A DNA stretch of 64,000 bases from Thermovirgaceae bacterium (GCA_040767805.1 JAXGNU010000001.1:128001-192000), one strand, 5' to 3'; shown: positions 10,807 through 20,573, numbered from the stretch's first letter. The notes: generated from the sequence alone by a model not told the origin. Translations and numbers: made by a program.

Positions 10807-12181
10807 GCCGGACCCTCCTTATCTCCTCCATGAGGTCGGTGGGGACCCTGTAAAGTTCCTCGTCGGGGAGGGTGGATAGCGCCCTCGCCGCCGCCGCCAG
10901 GGACTCCCCTATGGAGAGGGCGCTGTCCCCCTGGTCCAGGAAGAGCCTTTCAAAGTCCGAACCGAACCGGAGGTAATGCAGCTCGGTCTCCGTCAGGCCT
11001 TCATCCCCGACGATCAGCCTCAGCCTGGAGACCTCCCTGGACCTCGCGTAAGAGGAAAAAAGCTGGTCCGCGACCTGGCGATGACCGGTGAAAGTCCTTC
11101 CCTCGCCGATGCCTTTGTTCATGAGCCTGCTGAGGCTTGAGAGCACGTTGATCGGCGGGTAGACCCCCCTGGCCTGCAGACCCCTGTCGAGTACTATCTG
11201 TCCCTCCGTTATGTAGCCCGAGAGGTCCACCACGGGATGGGTCATATCATCGCCGGGCATGGATACTATGGGGATCTGGGTTATGCTGCCCTTGAGCCCC
11301 TTTACGCAGCCCGCCCTTTCATAAAGGCTTGCGAGGTCTGAGTAGAGGTAGCCGGGGAATCCCCTTCTGCCGGGGGCTTCCTCCCTCGCGGCGCTCACCT
11401 CCCTGAGGGCTTCGCAGTAATGGAGCATGTCGGTCATGACCACGAGAACGTCGTACCCGCGATCAAAGGCGAAGTACTCCGCTATAGTCAGGGCGGTACG
11501 GGGCGCCAGGAGACGTTCCACGGCGGAATCGCTTGCCAGGTTGACCACGAAAACACCGTTGAAAAGGGCTCCCGACTCCTCGAAGGAATCCCTGAAAAAA
11601 CGGGCCTCCCTTTCGGTTATCCCGATGGCGGCGAAGACGACCAGGAAACGTTCCGGGTTTCCGGGGACATGGGCCTGCCTGACCACCTGGGCCGCGATCT
11701 CGTTGGCGGGAAGCCCCGACCCTGAAAAAATGGGCAGTTTTTGCCCTCTCACGATCGTGTTGAGAAGGTCTATCGAGGCGATGCCGGTCTCGACGAAGTC
11801 GCTGGGGCCGGCCCTCATGGCCGGGTTGAGGGGAGAACCCGTTATGGGGGCCTCCTTCTCGAAGCAAGGGAGGGCTTTCCCACCCCTAGGGATGCCCCTG
11901 CCGTCGAGGGTCTGGCCCATCAGGACCTGACCCAGGCGCACCTTGACCACGTCCTTTTCGAACCATACGGTGCAGTCGCCGGGGTTGAGCCCTAAAGTCC
12001 CCTCGAAGACCTGGACGGCGCAGATATCGCCGTCGATCTGCAGCACCTGCCCGGTCCGTTTCCCCCGGCTGGTCTCGATGGTGACCAGTTCACCCAGGGC
12101 CGCCTTCCTCGCGTTGGAGACGAAGAGCAAGGGGCCCGTTATTCCGCTGATGGACCTGGTGCCTTCCCTGTAAAGGCCCAT
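10796..12181 (-). CDS. A/V-type ATP synthase subunit B
   Basis: RGQKLPIFSGSGLP, EEAPGRRGFPGYLYSDLASLYERAG, GYITEGQI. Confidence 0.97.
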   Translation of the reverse strand: MGLYREGTRSISGITGPLLFVSNARKAALGELVTIETSRGKRTGQVLQIDGDICAVQVFEGTLGLNPGDCTVWFEKDVVKVRLGQVLMGQTLDGRGIPRGGKALPCFEKEAPITGSPLNPAMRAGPSDFVETGIASIDLLNTIVRGQKLPIFSGSGLPANEIAAQVVRQAHVPGNPERFLVVFAAIGITEREARFFRDSFEESGALFNGVFVVNLASDSAVERLLAPRTALTIAEYFAFDRGYDVLVVMTDMLHYCEALREVSAAREEAPGRRGFPGYLYSDLASLYERAGCVKGLKGSITQIPIVSMPGDDMTHPVVDLSGYITEGQIVLDRGLQARGVYPPINVLSSLSRLMNKGIGEGRTFTGHRQVADQLFSSYARSREVSRLRLIVGDEGLTETELHYLRFGSDFERLFLDQGDSALSIGESLAAAARALSTLPDEELYRVPTDLMEEIRRVRLDR

Positions 12182-13956
12182 TAGGGTTCCTCCGAAAGGG
12201 CCAACGATCGGGCCACCTCTTCAAGCCAGGGAAGAGATCTCTTTTTAAAGTCCTCAGCAGGCGCCCCCCTCAGCGCGAGGACCTGTCGTAACAGGCCCAG
12301 CCCCTGGACTTGCTGGTGCAGGACGCCCTTTTCGATCTCTTCCTTCACCAGGCGCTGGAGATCCTTCAGGGACTCGCCCAAACTCAGCTGTTGTTCCAGC
12401 GTGTTGAAAGCGTCATGGGGGTCGTAGGCGTTCTGTTGAAGGAAGGCGACCCTCACGATCTCCCCCATCTCCAGGTCCCACTTGTCCTGTTCCGAAAGGG
12501 CATCCCTCCCCACTATCTGCACCAGGGAGAGGAGTTCCGTCTCGCGGTCCAGGAGTTCCTTGAGAAAGGACGCGCAGTCCTTCCATCGCTCGCCGTAATT
12601 TTCGAGAAAAAAGGGTTCCAGGGCCTTTTCATAGAGGGAATAGCTCTGTTTCCAATTGACCGAGGGGAAATGCCGGCCTTCGGCAAGCCTCTTGTCGAGG
12701 GCCCAGAAGGCCCCCGATAACCTCAGGCTGGCCTGGGTGACGGGCTCCGAGAAATCCCCGCCACCGGGGGAAACGGCGTTGAAGATCGTGATCGACCCTT
12801 TACGCTGGGGTTCGCCAAGGGCCCTCACCCTCCCGGCCCTCTCGTAGTATTGCGCGAGCCTGGACCCAAGGTAGGCGGGATAGCCTTCCTCGCCGGGCAT
12901 CTCCCCCAGTCGGCCGGAGATCTCCCTCAGGGCCTCGGCCCAACGAGAGGTGGAATCGGCCATCAGGGCCACGTCGAGCCCCATATCACGGAAATACTCA
13001 GCGATGCTCATCCCAAGATAGATACTGGCCTCCCTCGCGGCGACAGGCATGTTGGAGGTATTGGCGATGAGGACCATCCTCTCCATGAGGGACCTCCCCG
13101 TATGAGGGTCGTTCAGGTGGGGGAACTCCTCGAGGACCTCCGTCATTTCGTTGCCCCTCTCGCCGCAGCCTATGTAGACGACCACCCCGGCATTGCACCA
13201 CTTGGCCAGGGACTGCTGGGTGACGGTCTTGCCGGTGCCGAACCCCCCGGGTATGACGGCGGCTCCGCCGAGGGCGACGGGGAAGAGGGTGTCCAGCACC
13301 CTCTGCCCGGTTATGAGCGGTTCCGAGAAGGGGAGTCTCTCCGCGCAGGGTCGGGGTGTCCTCACGTACCAGCGTTGACGGGGGGTTATCGTCCGACCGT
13401 TTTCGAGGACGCCGACGGCATCATCGACGGTGACCCAGGTCCCGGGGGAAGCGATCTCCCTGATCCTTGAAGCCTCTGACCCGAGAGGGGCCATCACCAG
13501 GTGTTTGAAGTTCTCCCCCTCCTCTACGAAGCCCAAAGCATCCCCGGGCGAAAGGGTGTCGCCCGGTGCCTTCAGGGGGGAGAAAGCCCACTTGGTTTCC
13601 GGGTCCAGGCTCCTGGAGAAAAAACCCCTTTTGAGGAAAAAAGCCCCGGCCTCTTCGGGGGGAAGACCCCCCAGCGGCCTGCCGATGCCGTCGAGAACGC
13701 TTCCAAGGAGCCCCGGCCCCAGGTCGACGCCCAGCGGTTCCCCGGTGAACTCTACCGGTTCGCCGACGTGGACGCCGTCGATCTCCTCGTAGACCTGGAT
13801 GTCCACTTCCTTTCCGTCGATCCTTATCACTTCCCCCAGGAGACGCTCCGACCCCACCCTGGCGACCTCGAAGTTGGACACCGGCGCGGCCGTATCAGCC
13901 CTTATGACCGTCCCCGCGAGGCATTTGATCTTCCCCAGGTTGGACATGCCGCTCAC
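12181..13956 (-). CDS. A/V-type ATP synthase subunit A (catalytic)
   Basis: P-loop GGFGTGKT, GCGERGNEM, ADSTSRWAEALRE, EEGYPAYL. Confidence 0.98.
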   Translation of the reverse strand: MSGMSNLGKIKCLAGTVIRADTAAPVSNFEVARVGSERLLGEVIRIDGKEVDIQVYEEIDGVHVGEPVEFTGEPLGVDLGPGLLGSVLDGIGRPLGGLPPEEAGAFFLKRGFFSRSLDPETKWAFSPLKAPGDTLSPGDALGFVEEGENFKHLVMAPLGSEASRIREIASPGTWVTVDDAVGVLENGRTITPRQRWYVRTPRPCAERLPFSEPLITGQRVLDTLFPVALGGAAVIPGGFGTGKTVTQQSLAKWCNAGVVVYIGCGERGNEMTEVLEEFPHLNDPHTGRSLMERMVLIANTSNMPVAAREASIYLGMSIAEYFRDMGLDVALMADSTSRWAEALREISGRLGEMPGEEGYPAYLGSRLAQYYERAGRVRALGEPQRKGSITIFNAVSPGGGDFSEPVTQASLRLSGAFWALDKRLAEGRHFPSVNWKQSYSLYEKALEPFFLENYGERWKDCASFLKELLDRETELLSLVQIVGRDALSEQDKWDLEMGEIVRVAFLQQNAYDPHDAFNTLEQQLSLGESLKDLQRLVKEEIEKGVLHQQVQGLGLLRQVLALRGAPAEDFKKRSLPWLEEVARSLALSEEP

Positions 13957-14228
13957 TCCCGACCTTTTAGGCTGCCCTTCAGGGAGGGCATTTCCACCCA
14001 GACAGGGTCCGAGATCTTCGCTTTCCTCTTGTAGAACTCCGGGATGCTCTCCGCCCAGTCCGACTCGACCAGGACAAAGGCCACCTCTTCACCCTGGAGT
14101 GCCTGGAAGCACGCGGGGAAATCCTCCGGCCCCTCGCAGACCACTGCCACGAGCCCGAGGAGGGACCAGAGTTCTACGAAGGGCTGCCTGCCGAGAACGT
14201 ACCCGTTGCCGCAATGATGCGCCGCCAC
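13953..14228 (-). CDS. A/V-type ATP synthase subunit F
   Basis: 91 aa, between C and A; ..LLGL.. near the N-terminus and PVWVEMPS at the C-terminus. Divergent. Confidence 0.7.
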   Translation of the reverse strand: MAAHHCGNGYVLGRQPFVELWSLLGLVAVVCEGPEDFPACFQALQGEEVAFVLVESDWAESIPEFYKRKAKISDPVWVEMPSLKGSLKGRE

Positions 14229-14234
14229 CGACGG

Positions 14235-15287
14235 TCACCCCGCAAGGATCAGTTTATCCAAGATGGCGTCTCCTTCGAATCCCATGGACACCCCCACCAC
14301 CAGCGAGTCCAGGTTCAGCCATTCCACCAACTGGTGAGCGATGAAAGCTATCGCCACCTCGATACCCAGGGGGTCCTTTCTTCTCAGGGAGATCTGCCAC
14401 CGCCAGAACTCCCTCATGGCCCCTCCCGGGGCCAGCGCCGGGGGGCCATCCCCGGAACGGTCCAGGATACTCTCCCAGGGCGTTGAGCCGAGCAGCCCGG
14501 CAGGCTCGGGGGATCCTTTAAGTCGCTCCGGGGACAGGGAAAACCCCCCGTCCAGGTACAGCTCGGCGGCCTTTTCCTTCTGCATGACACCGGCGAAAAC
14601 CCTGGACCAGATATTCAGGTTCCAGACATCGATGGTCCTGGCGAGGTATTCCTTCACCAGGGCCGAATTCTTCGTCCTGTGGCTGTCCAGCACCTTCTCC
14701 TGGCATTCCAGCATGCCCGACAGGAGGGCCCTTTCGCTCGCCGGGAGGCTTGATCCCTTCGCCACCTGTTCGAGCCCCCTGGCGAGGGCCCTCGCCAGGG
14801 GATGGTCGAAGGCGAGGCACCTGTCGATCCCGTGGGCGATGGACGGGCTCTTCCATAACTGGGCGAGGAAGCGGACCGGGAGGGTACCGTAAGCGTGCCA
14901 CCGGGGCTGCATCTCGTAGGGGATGCCGATGAAGAAGTACCGGACCAGGAGGCGCCCGTTCTGAAGGTCAGCCCTGGAAAGGATCACGCCTATAAGGTCC
15001 TCGGGCTCCCCCATGGCCATGCTCCTGGTGTGGCTCAAGACCATCGCCGAGGTGTCCGCGAGGGCCATCTCTATCTTTCTGTGGGTGGACAGGGATTGTT
15101 GGATCAGGCTCCGCCTGAAACTCCTGCCGTACCTTGTATCCAAAAGGAAGACCTCGATGTCCTCGAGGCTCCGTGAGGCCAACCTTCGGTAATCCTCTCG
15201 GGCCAGGAAGTCCCCGAAGCGGGCACGGAGCCTGGCGTTAAGGTAACCGAAATTCTCCGGAAAACCTTTCGAACTCTTCAAGAACAT
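14235..15287 (-). CDS. A/V-type ATP synthase subunit C (AC39/d family)
   Basis: FGYLNARLRAR, DVWNL, DPLGIEVAIAFI...EWLNL. Confidence 0.85.
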   Translation of the reverse strand: MFLKSSKGFPENFGYLNARLRARFGDFLAREDYRRLASRSLEDIEVFLLDTRYGRSFRRSLIQQSLSTHRKIEMALADTSAMVLSHTRSMAMGEPEDLIGVILSRADLQNGRLLVRYFFIGIPYEMQPRWHAYGTLPVRFLAQLWKSPSIAHGIDRCLAFDHPLARALARGLEQVAKGSSLPASERALLSGMLECQEKVLDSHRTKNSALVKEYLARTIDVWNLNIWSRVFAGVMQKEKAAELYLDGGFSLSPERLKGSPEPAGLLGSTPWESILDRSGDGPPALAPGGAMREFWRWQISLRRKDPLGIEVAIAFIAHQLVEWLNLDSLVVGVSMGFEGDAILDKLILAG

Positions 15288-15864
15288 GTCGGTAGCGCTC
15301 CGAAAGGCCGCGAAGGAGCTCCTTCTGGTATAGGTCCCACCTGGTCTTTATCGTGTTGTCGACATACAGGGTACGGGTCAGGGCATCCATCGCCAGGCAC
15401 CCTCCCCAGGGCGTAACGGACTCGCTCTCCTCCACTGTCCTTATCCTTTCATCCCCGGGCACCAGGCCCCCCTCGCCGGGGAGGACTACGATCACGGCTT
15501 CGGCCTCCAGGGCTTCAAGGGCCTCCCCGACAAGGCGGGAAAGGATACCCGCGTAAGCTCCCCGGTCGCCGCGGATAGCCTCAACCTGGAGCCCGACCTT
15601 CTCCGTGGTCTTCTCCAGGATGGAGGAGATCTTGCCCAGCGCCTCTTCCCTCACCTTGAGCAGGGTTCGCCTCTTCTCCCTTTCCAGGAGGAGGTCGAAC
15701 CGTTTCTTGTGCCCTGCCCTTATGTCATGGACCTTTCGTTCGGTCTCCCTTCTGGCCACGAAGATCCTGTCGGATATGAAGTTTTCCGATTCGTCGCGGA
15801 GCGCCGCCGACTTTTTGGAGAACTCCCCCTCCAGCGCTCTTTTGAATTCAGCGATCCCCGTCAC
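15238..15864 (-). CDS. A/V-type ATP synthase subunit E
   Basis: N-terminal coiled coil and C-terminal WGGCL...VDNTIKTR. Confidence 0.8.
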   Translation of the reverse strand: MTGIAEFKRALEGEFSKKSAALRDESENFISDRIFVARRETERKVHDIRAGHKKRFDLLLEREKRRTLLKVREEALGKISSILEKTTEKVGLQVEAIRGDRGAYAGILSRLVGEALEALEAEAVIVVLPGEGGLVPGDERIRTVEESESVTPWGGCLAMDALTRTLYVDNTIKTRWDLYQKELLRGLSERYRHVLEEFERFSGEFRLP

Positions 15865-15914
15865 AGCGGTTTGCGCCCCCTCGGTACCATCGGGGTTCCC
15901 AGGTCACGGAGGAC

Positions 15915-16133
15915 TCAGGCGAACTGGAGGATCAGCATGACGGCCACGACAAAACCCAGTATCACCATCGTCTCGGGAAGGGCTTCGAGTATGATGATAA
16001 TTCCGCTCGTCTCGGGCTTCTCGGCGATAGTCCCGGCGCCGACGCTGCCGATCCTCGCCTGGGCGTAAGCGGTGGCCATGGCGGGGATGGCCACGGCCAG
16101 GGCTGCCGCAAAAGCGATCAGTGCCTTTTCCAT
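15915..16133 (-). CDS. A/V-type ATP synthase proteolipid subunit K/c (single hairpin, about 8 kDa)
   Basis: Two TM helices, AEKPE loop, ALPET ion-binding Glu. Confidence 0.93.
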   Translation of the reverse strand: MEKALIAFAAALAVAIPAMATAYAQARIGSVGAGTIAEKPETSGIIIILEALPETMVILGFVVAVMLILQFA

Positions 16134-18025
16134 AATCCCGGCTCCCTCCTTGAAAAGGGTTTATACAAGGTCCCCCCCCCGGAATGGAACTTCCCGAGGA
16201 ATTCCACGTACTGGAGTCGTGCCGAATGCAGGCTTGAACCCGCGACGGCAAGGGCGAAGTTCAACAGGTGTATCGCCAGGGCCATGAATACCCCGAAAAA
16301 GGTGACCCCCAGGGAATCCACGAAGCTGTTGGCCACCATGGCCAGTATCGCGGAAGAGAGCCCGATGGCCGCGATACGGACGTAACTCAGGACATTCCCC
16401 ACCGAGCCGAGGGCTTCGACAAGGCCGCCCATGCCGCCACCGGCAAGGAGCAGGACAAGACCCACCACCAGCAGCGTAACGGGGACGGAGAACAGCCTTC
16501 CGGGCAGCCACCCCTTCACCTGCACCATGACCGAAAGCAGCGCCAGGAAAACGACCGTATTGCCCAGCCTTTCCAGCCAGAGGTGCCTTTGTCCCGTCCT
16601 CAACCCCTGGACGACCCCCATGAGGAAGCCCAGGAAGACGTGGGCAAAGCCCAGGCCTACGGTGAAGGCCATCACCGGCAGAACAACCTGGGATCTCTCA
16701 AGCCAGAGAGGCTCCAGGTGGAAAAAACGGTGCCCCAGGTCGCCGAAGATTTCCCCGTAAGCAGCCCCCCAGAAGATGGACCACGCGGCGAGGTAAAGAA
16801 GGATGCAGCCGACGTCCTTCATGATGGGTCGGCCTGCCTTCCGCCTGAACCAAAGCCCCAGGCTGCCGATGACCAGTCCGTAGCCCATGTCGCCCACCAT
16901 GCAGCCCCCGAAAAGGGGGAAAAACAACCCGATGAGCACGGTGGGGTCAAGGCCCTTGTAGGAAATGACGGGCATGAGCTTCAGGAATAGTTCGAAGGGC
17001 CGAAAATACCTGGGATTTTTCAGAGAGGTGGGCACTTCGGTCCACTCACCCGGCTGGGGCTCCCTCCAGCGGAGAAAGAGCCTCTCCCCGAACTCGGCCT
17101 TCAATCGCGCCGTCAGTTCGGCCTTCTCGTCGGCCGGGACCCACCCGGAAAGCCGGAAGACCTCCCCCCTGGTCTCGCTTCCGGACTCAACGAGGGCCTC
17201 CTCGACCTTTTCATCCAGGATCATGTAGAGAGCTCCCAACTTGGGCCCCCATTCCCTCCTGGCAGCCTGGAGGTTACGGTCGATCTCGTTTATTTCCCCG
17301 GGTATTTCTTCCAGGGCGGCCTCCATGAGCGGGAGGGCTTCACGAAAAGTCATGCCTTCGTAATCCCCCGGGAGCATCCAGGGGACGCATTGTTCCGAAA
17401 GGAATATCTTCCGGACCACCTCGCGGAATTCATGGGGGTAGGCCATCGCCAGGACCCGCTCCCCCCCGGTGGTGACCCGGAGGAGGTAGGGGACCCCCTC
17501 GCCCTTTTCCAGGGGGTTCTTTTCCTTCACTTTCTTCCGGATCCTTGCTACGGGTTCGGTAATACCGGCCTTCTGGGCCCACCAGAGTGAGACCTCAAGG
17601 CCGGACCTCGCGTTGTCCCGGATAAAAGTTTCAAAATGCGAGATGGTCCTTAGGGCTCCCTTTATTGAATTAAGTTTTATCTCCAGGTCGGCTTTCATCC
17701 TGGCCTTACCGGAGAGTCTCGCGCTGAAAGAGTCGAGGCTTTCCTCGACGGCCTCGATCATGGTCTCGTCCGAGGACGAGAGCAGCGCTCTTTCCTCCTC
17801 CAGGACTTCCCGGGGGATCGAACCCCATTCGCTCCAACCGAGGTTCTCGAGCAGCCCCAGGGTCTTGCCCCGGAGGATCTTCATCTTCGCCGCCGTTTCC
17901 GGCGACACGAACCCCATCGGCTCCTCGTGAAGGTGGACTACTCCCAGGTCGTGGAGCTTCCCGATGATCCGAGGCCTGTCGCCGACGAGACCCCAGAGTC
18001 CGAAAAAGAGCATGTCCCTTATCAA
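16118..18025 (-). CDS. A/V-type ATP synthase subunit I/a
   Basis: GWVP, PTSLKNP, GDMGYG, NVLSYVRIAA (essential Arg), RLQYVEFLGKF. Confidence 0.95.
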   Translation of the reverse strand: MIRDMLFFGLWGLVGDRPRIIGKLHDLGVVHLHEEPMGFVSPETAAKMKILRGKTLGLLENLGWSEWGSIPREVLEEERALLSSSDETMIEAVEESLDSFSARLSGKARMKADLEIKLNSIKGALRTISHFETFIRDNARSGLEVSLWWAQKAGITEPVARIRKKVKEKNPLEKGEGVPYLLRVTTGGERVLAMAYPHEFREVVRKIFLSEQCVPWMLPGDYEGMTFREALPLMEAALEEIPGEINEIDRNLQAARREWGPKLGALYMILDEKVEEALVESGSETRGEVFRLSGWVPADEKAELTARLKAEFGERLFLRWREPQPGEWTEVPTSLKNPRYFRPFELFLKLMPVISYKGLDPTVLIGLFFPLFGGCMVGDMGYGLVIGSLGLWFRRKAGRPIMKDVGCILLYLAAWSIFWGAAYGEIFGDLGHRFFHLEPLWLERSQVVLPVMAFTVGLGFAHVFLGFLMGVVQGLRTGQRHLWLERLGNTVVFLALLSVMVQVKGWLPGRLFSVPVTLLVVGLVLLLAGGGMGGLVEALGSVGNVLSYVRIAAIGLSSAILAMVANSFVDSLGVTFFGVFMALAIHLLNFALAVAGSSLHSARLQYVEFLGKFHSGGGTLYKPFSRREPGLWKRH

Positions 18026-18384
18026 AAGGCCCGCCCTCCTCCCGGGCCCTTGAGGTCGGAGGGTAGGATAGCCCTTACGGCGGCCTCGACAAATTCTTCG
18101 GTCAACATCTTTTCCAGGACTTGATCAAGGAGGGAGGTCATTTGATTCCTGAGGTCCTCGGCGAAGGTACTGCTGGACGCAAGAAGCGCCTCTTCGTAAC
18201 GGTTCCATTCCTCTTCGGCCTCGACCAGGGACCGTTGTTCCAGTTCTTCTATCCTTCTCAACGCCCCTTCGCGCTCTTCCTCGAGGAGGGTCTTCTGCTC
18301 CTCCAGCCTGGCTTCCAGAGCCTTTCTGAAGGACTCGACCTCGGCATCGGGGTCTTCAAAGGCCTGGTGGTCACCTGGCTTCAT
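18022..18384 (-). CDS. A/V-type ATP synthase subunit H/G (peripheral stalk)
   Basis: 120-aa Glu-rich coiled coil directly upstream of subunit I. Confidence 0.65.
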   Translation of the reverse strand: MKPGDHQAFEDPDAEVESFRKALEARLEEQKTLLEEEREGALRRIEELEQRSLVEAEEEWNRYEEALLASSSTFAEDLRNQMTSLLDQVLEKMLTEEFVEAAVRAILPSDLKGPGGGRAF

Positions 18385-18838
18385 TGAATTCCTTGCCTTC
18401 CATCATGAATTCGCAGAAACCGCCCCGCTCGATCACGCCGACCAGTTTGCGGCCCTCCACGACGGGGAGCCTCTTCAAACCCTTCCTGAGCATCAGGTCC
18501 ACGACGGTCATGAGGCTCTCCGTCGGCTTGACGAAGATGGGGTCGGGGTTCATCACGTCCTTGACCATCATGTCGCCAATCTGTTTCAGCCTTTCGAAAA
18601 GGTCGCCCTCGGAGTCGTCGAGGAAGGTGCTCTGGGCTAGCACTTCCAGGAAGGTGGGCGTCGCCCTTCGAAGGATGTCTCCCTCCGAGAGGTAGCCCTG
18701 GAGCACCCAGTCGTCCCTTACCACGGGAATGCCGGAAAGTCGCTGGCTGTAAAGCAGTCGCACAGCGTCAAGTACATGGTCTTCCTCCGATACGGATGAA
18801 AGGTCCCTGTGCATGAGCTGCTCGGCGTTGATCGTCAA
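18371..18838 (-). CDS. Stand-alone CBS-pair protein
   Basis: SGIPVV..GYLSEGDIL and VKDVM..KRLPVV..LVGVI; overlaps the subunit H start. Confidence 0.88.
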   Translation of the reverse strand: MTINAEQLMHRDLSSVSEEDHVLDAVRLLYSQRLSGIPVVRDDWVLQGYLSEGDILRRATPTFLEVLAQSTFLDDSEGDLFERLKQIGDMMVKDVMNPDPIFVKPTESLMTVVDLMLRKGLKRLPVVEGRKLVGVIERGGFCEFMMEGKEFNEAR

Positions 18839-18842
18839 AACA

Positions 18843-20573
18843 CTATTCCCCTTTCTGATGGGAAAACCCGAGTTTCGTGAGTATCACCTGGTAGACGAAA
18901 AGAGGGAGGCGGCGCACCCGGCTCCACCGCCAGGGTTCCTGGATGAGCCTGAAAAGCCACTCGAGCCCCGCCTTCTGCAAGTAAAGGGGCGCCCTTTTAA
19001 GGTTGCCGGAGATGACATCGAAGCTGCCCCCCACGCCAATGGAAATGGTACCCGGCAGCAGGCGGTGATGTTCGGACATCCAGGCCTCTTGTCTCGGCAC
19101 CCCCATCCCCACGAAGATGAAACGGGATCCGGAATCCCTGATCTCTTCCAGCAGGCTCCCCGTATCGGAAGCATCGAGATAGCCGTGCCTCACGCCGCCG
19201 ACCAACAGACCGGGGTACAGGTTTTTCAGGTTTTCGGCGGCCTTTTCGGCTACACCCGGGGCGCCCCCTAGGAGGAAAACCGGCCAGCCCTCCATCGAGG
19301 CTAAACGGCACATCCGCTCGACAAACTCAACGCCCGGTACCCTTTGGACCGAGGGGGCCCCCAGGAAGCCCAGGGCCCAGGTCAAACCCTTGCCGTCGGG
19401 GAGGACCAGGTCGGCGCCGGCGACGATCTCCCTGAAACGCCCATCCTCCTTGGCCCTCAGCGCGGAGAGGGCGTCAAGGGTCACGAAATAGCGGCCCGGC
19501 CCCCCCTGGAGGATCAGCGACCTGGTCCTGCCCAGGGCGTAATCGGCCGAAATACTGTCGACTGGCGTCCCCCAGAGGGAGGAACGGTTCGGGGTGGGTC
19601 TTTTCCTTCCTGTGGAGACGACGAAAAGGAAACCGCCGAGCAGGATCGTCGAGGAAAGGAGGGCCGCCAGGGCCATATTCTCGTCCCTCAACTGGAAGCT
19701 CGCCACGGCGGCACCCATGACAGCGCATAGCGAACCCACCGAACGGACGGCCGGCGTATGGTCCATGCCCCGGCTCACCAGCCTCCTGTAAAGGAAGAGG
19801 GAGCCCTGGGAACGGGAGGAAAAGGTCCGGCTGACGATATTGACGGAGGCCTCTACCATCGGTATGGCAAAAAGGCCGAGGGGGATGAGCATGAGGGTGG
19901 AAAAGGTCACGCCCTTGCTGACGCCCATGATGGAAGTGCCGGCGATCAGGGTGCCCCACAGGGCCGCCACGGGTTCGCCAAGGCGTTGATAAGAGTGACC
20001 GTGACGGCTCCAGAAGACGGCCAGTATGGAGACACCCACAAGGGTCATATAGAAGGCGCCCTGGATATGCTGCTTGGAAAGGCCGGTGACGATGAGCATC
20101 ACTATCCAGGATACGGCGGAGAGGAAACCCGCCAGGCCGGGTACCTGGTCCATCTCCTGCAGAAGGAGCGGGAACAGGCCGACCCACAGGGCCGTGGCCA
20201 GCAGCGAGGAGTACCGGTTGAGGAAGAGGTAACTGCCCCCGGGGAATCCGATGAAGGATATGCCCAACCCCAGGGAGGCGAAGACGAGGCCGATGCCGAA
20301 GAAACCCAGGGGCCAGGGCATCTTCGGGTTGACCCTCTGGCCGACGCCTAGGATGGCCGACAAGAGGCCCATGGCCACCACGAGCCGCACCGAGGGGTCG
20401 GGGGACCAGACCCCGCATATACCCCACGCCGCCAGTAGGCATACATCCTTAAGGTACTGGTACTGGTCTCTCTCCAGGGTCACCTTCGATACCCTCTGGA
20501 CCGCGAAAAAGAAGACGAAGATCGAAAGTGAAAGGAGCACCATACCCTGGAGCTCATGGACACCCGCGGCCAT
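18843..20573 (-). CDS. Fusion of a degenerate WecA/TagO (MraY-family) membrane domain with a TagA/WecG (GT26) glycosyltransferase
   Basis: About 10 TM helices with relics of MraY-family motifs; C-terminal DLVLPDG, VGMGVPRQE, GVGGSFDV, KRAP..LEWLFRL..EPWR. Confidence 0.85.
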   Translation of the reverse strand: MAAGVHELQGMVLLSLSIFVFFFAVQRVSKVTLERDQYQYLKDVCLLAAWGICGVWSPDPSVRLVVAMGLLSAILGVGQRVNPKMPWPLGFFGIGLVFASLGLGISFIGFPGGSYLFLNRYSSLLATALWVGLFPLLLQEMDQVPGLAGFLSAVSWIVMLIVTGLSKQHIQGAFYMTLVGVSILAVFWSRHGHSYQRLGEPVAALWGTLIAGTSIMGVSKGVTFSTLMLIPLGLFAIPMVEASVNIVSRTFSSRSQGSLFLYRRLVSRGMDHTPAVRSVGSLCAVMGAAVASFQLRDENMALAALLSSTILLGGFLFVVSTGRKRPTPNRSSLWGTPVDSISADYALGRTRSLILQGGPGRYFVTLDALSALRAKEDGRFREIVAGADLVLPDGKGLTWALGFLGAPSVQRVPGVEFVERMCRLASMEGWPVFLLGGAPGVAEKAAENLKNLYPGLLVGGVRHGYLDASDTGSLLEEIRDSGSRFIFVGMGVPRQEAWMSEHHRLLPGTISIGVGGSFDVISGNLKRAPLYLQKAGLEWLFRLIQEPWRWSRVRRLPLFVYQVILTKLGFSHQKGE

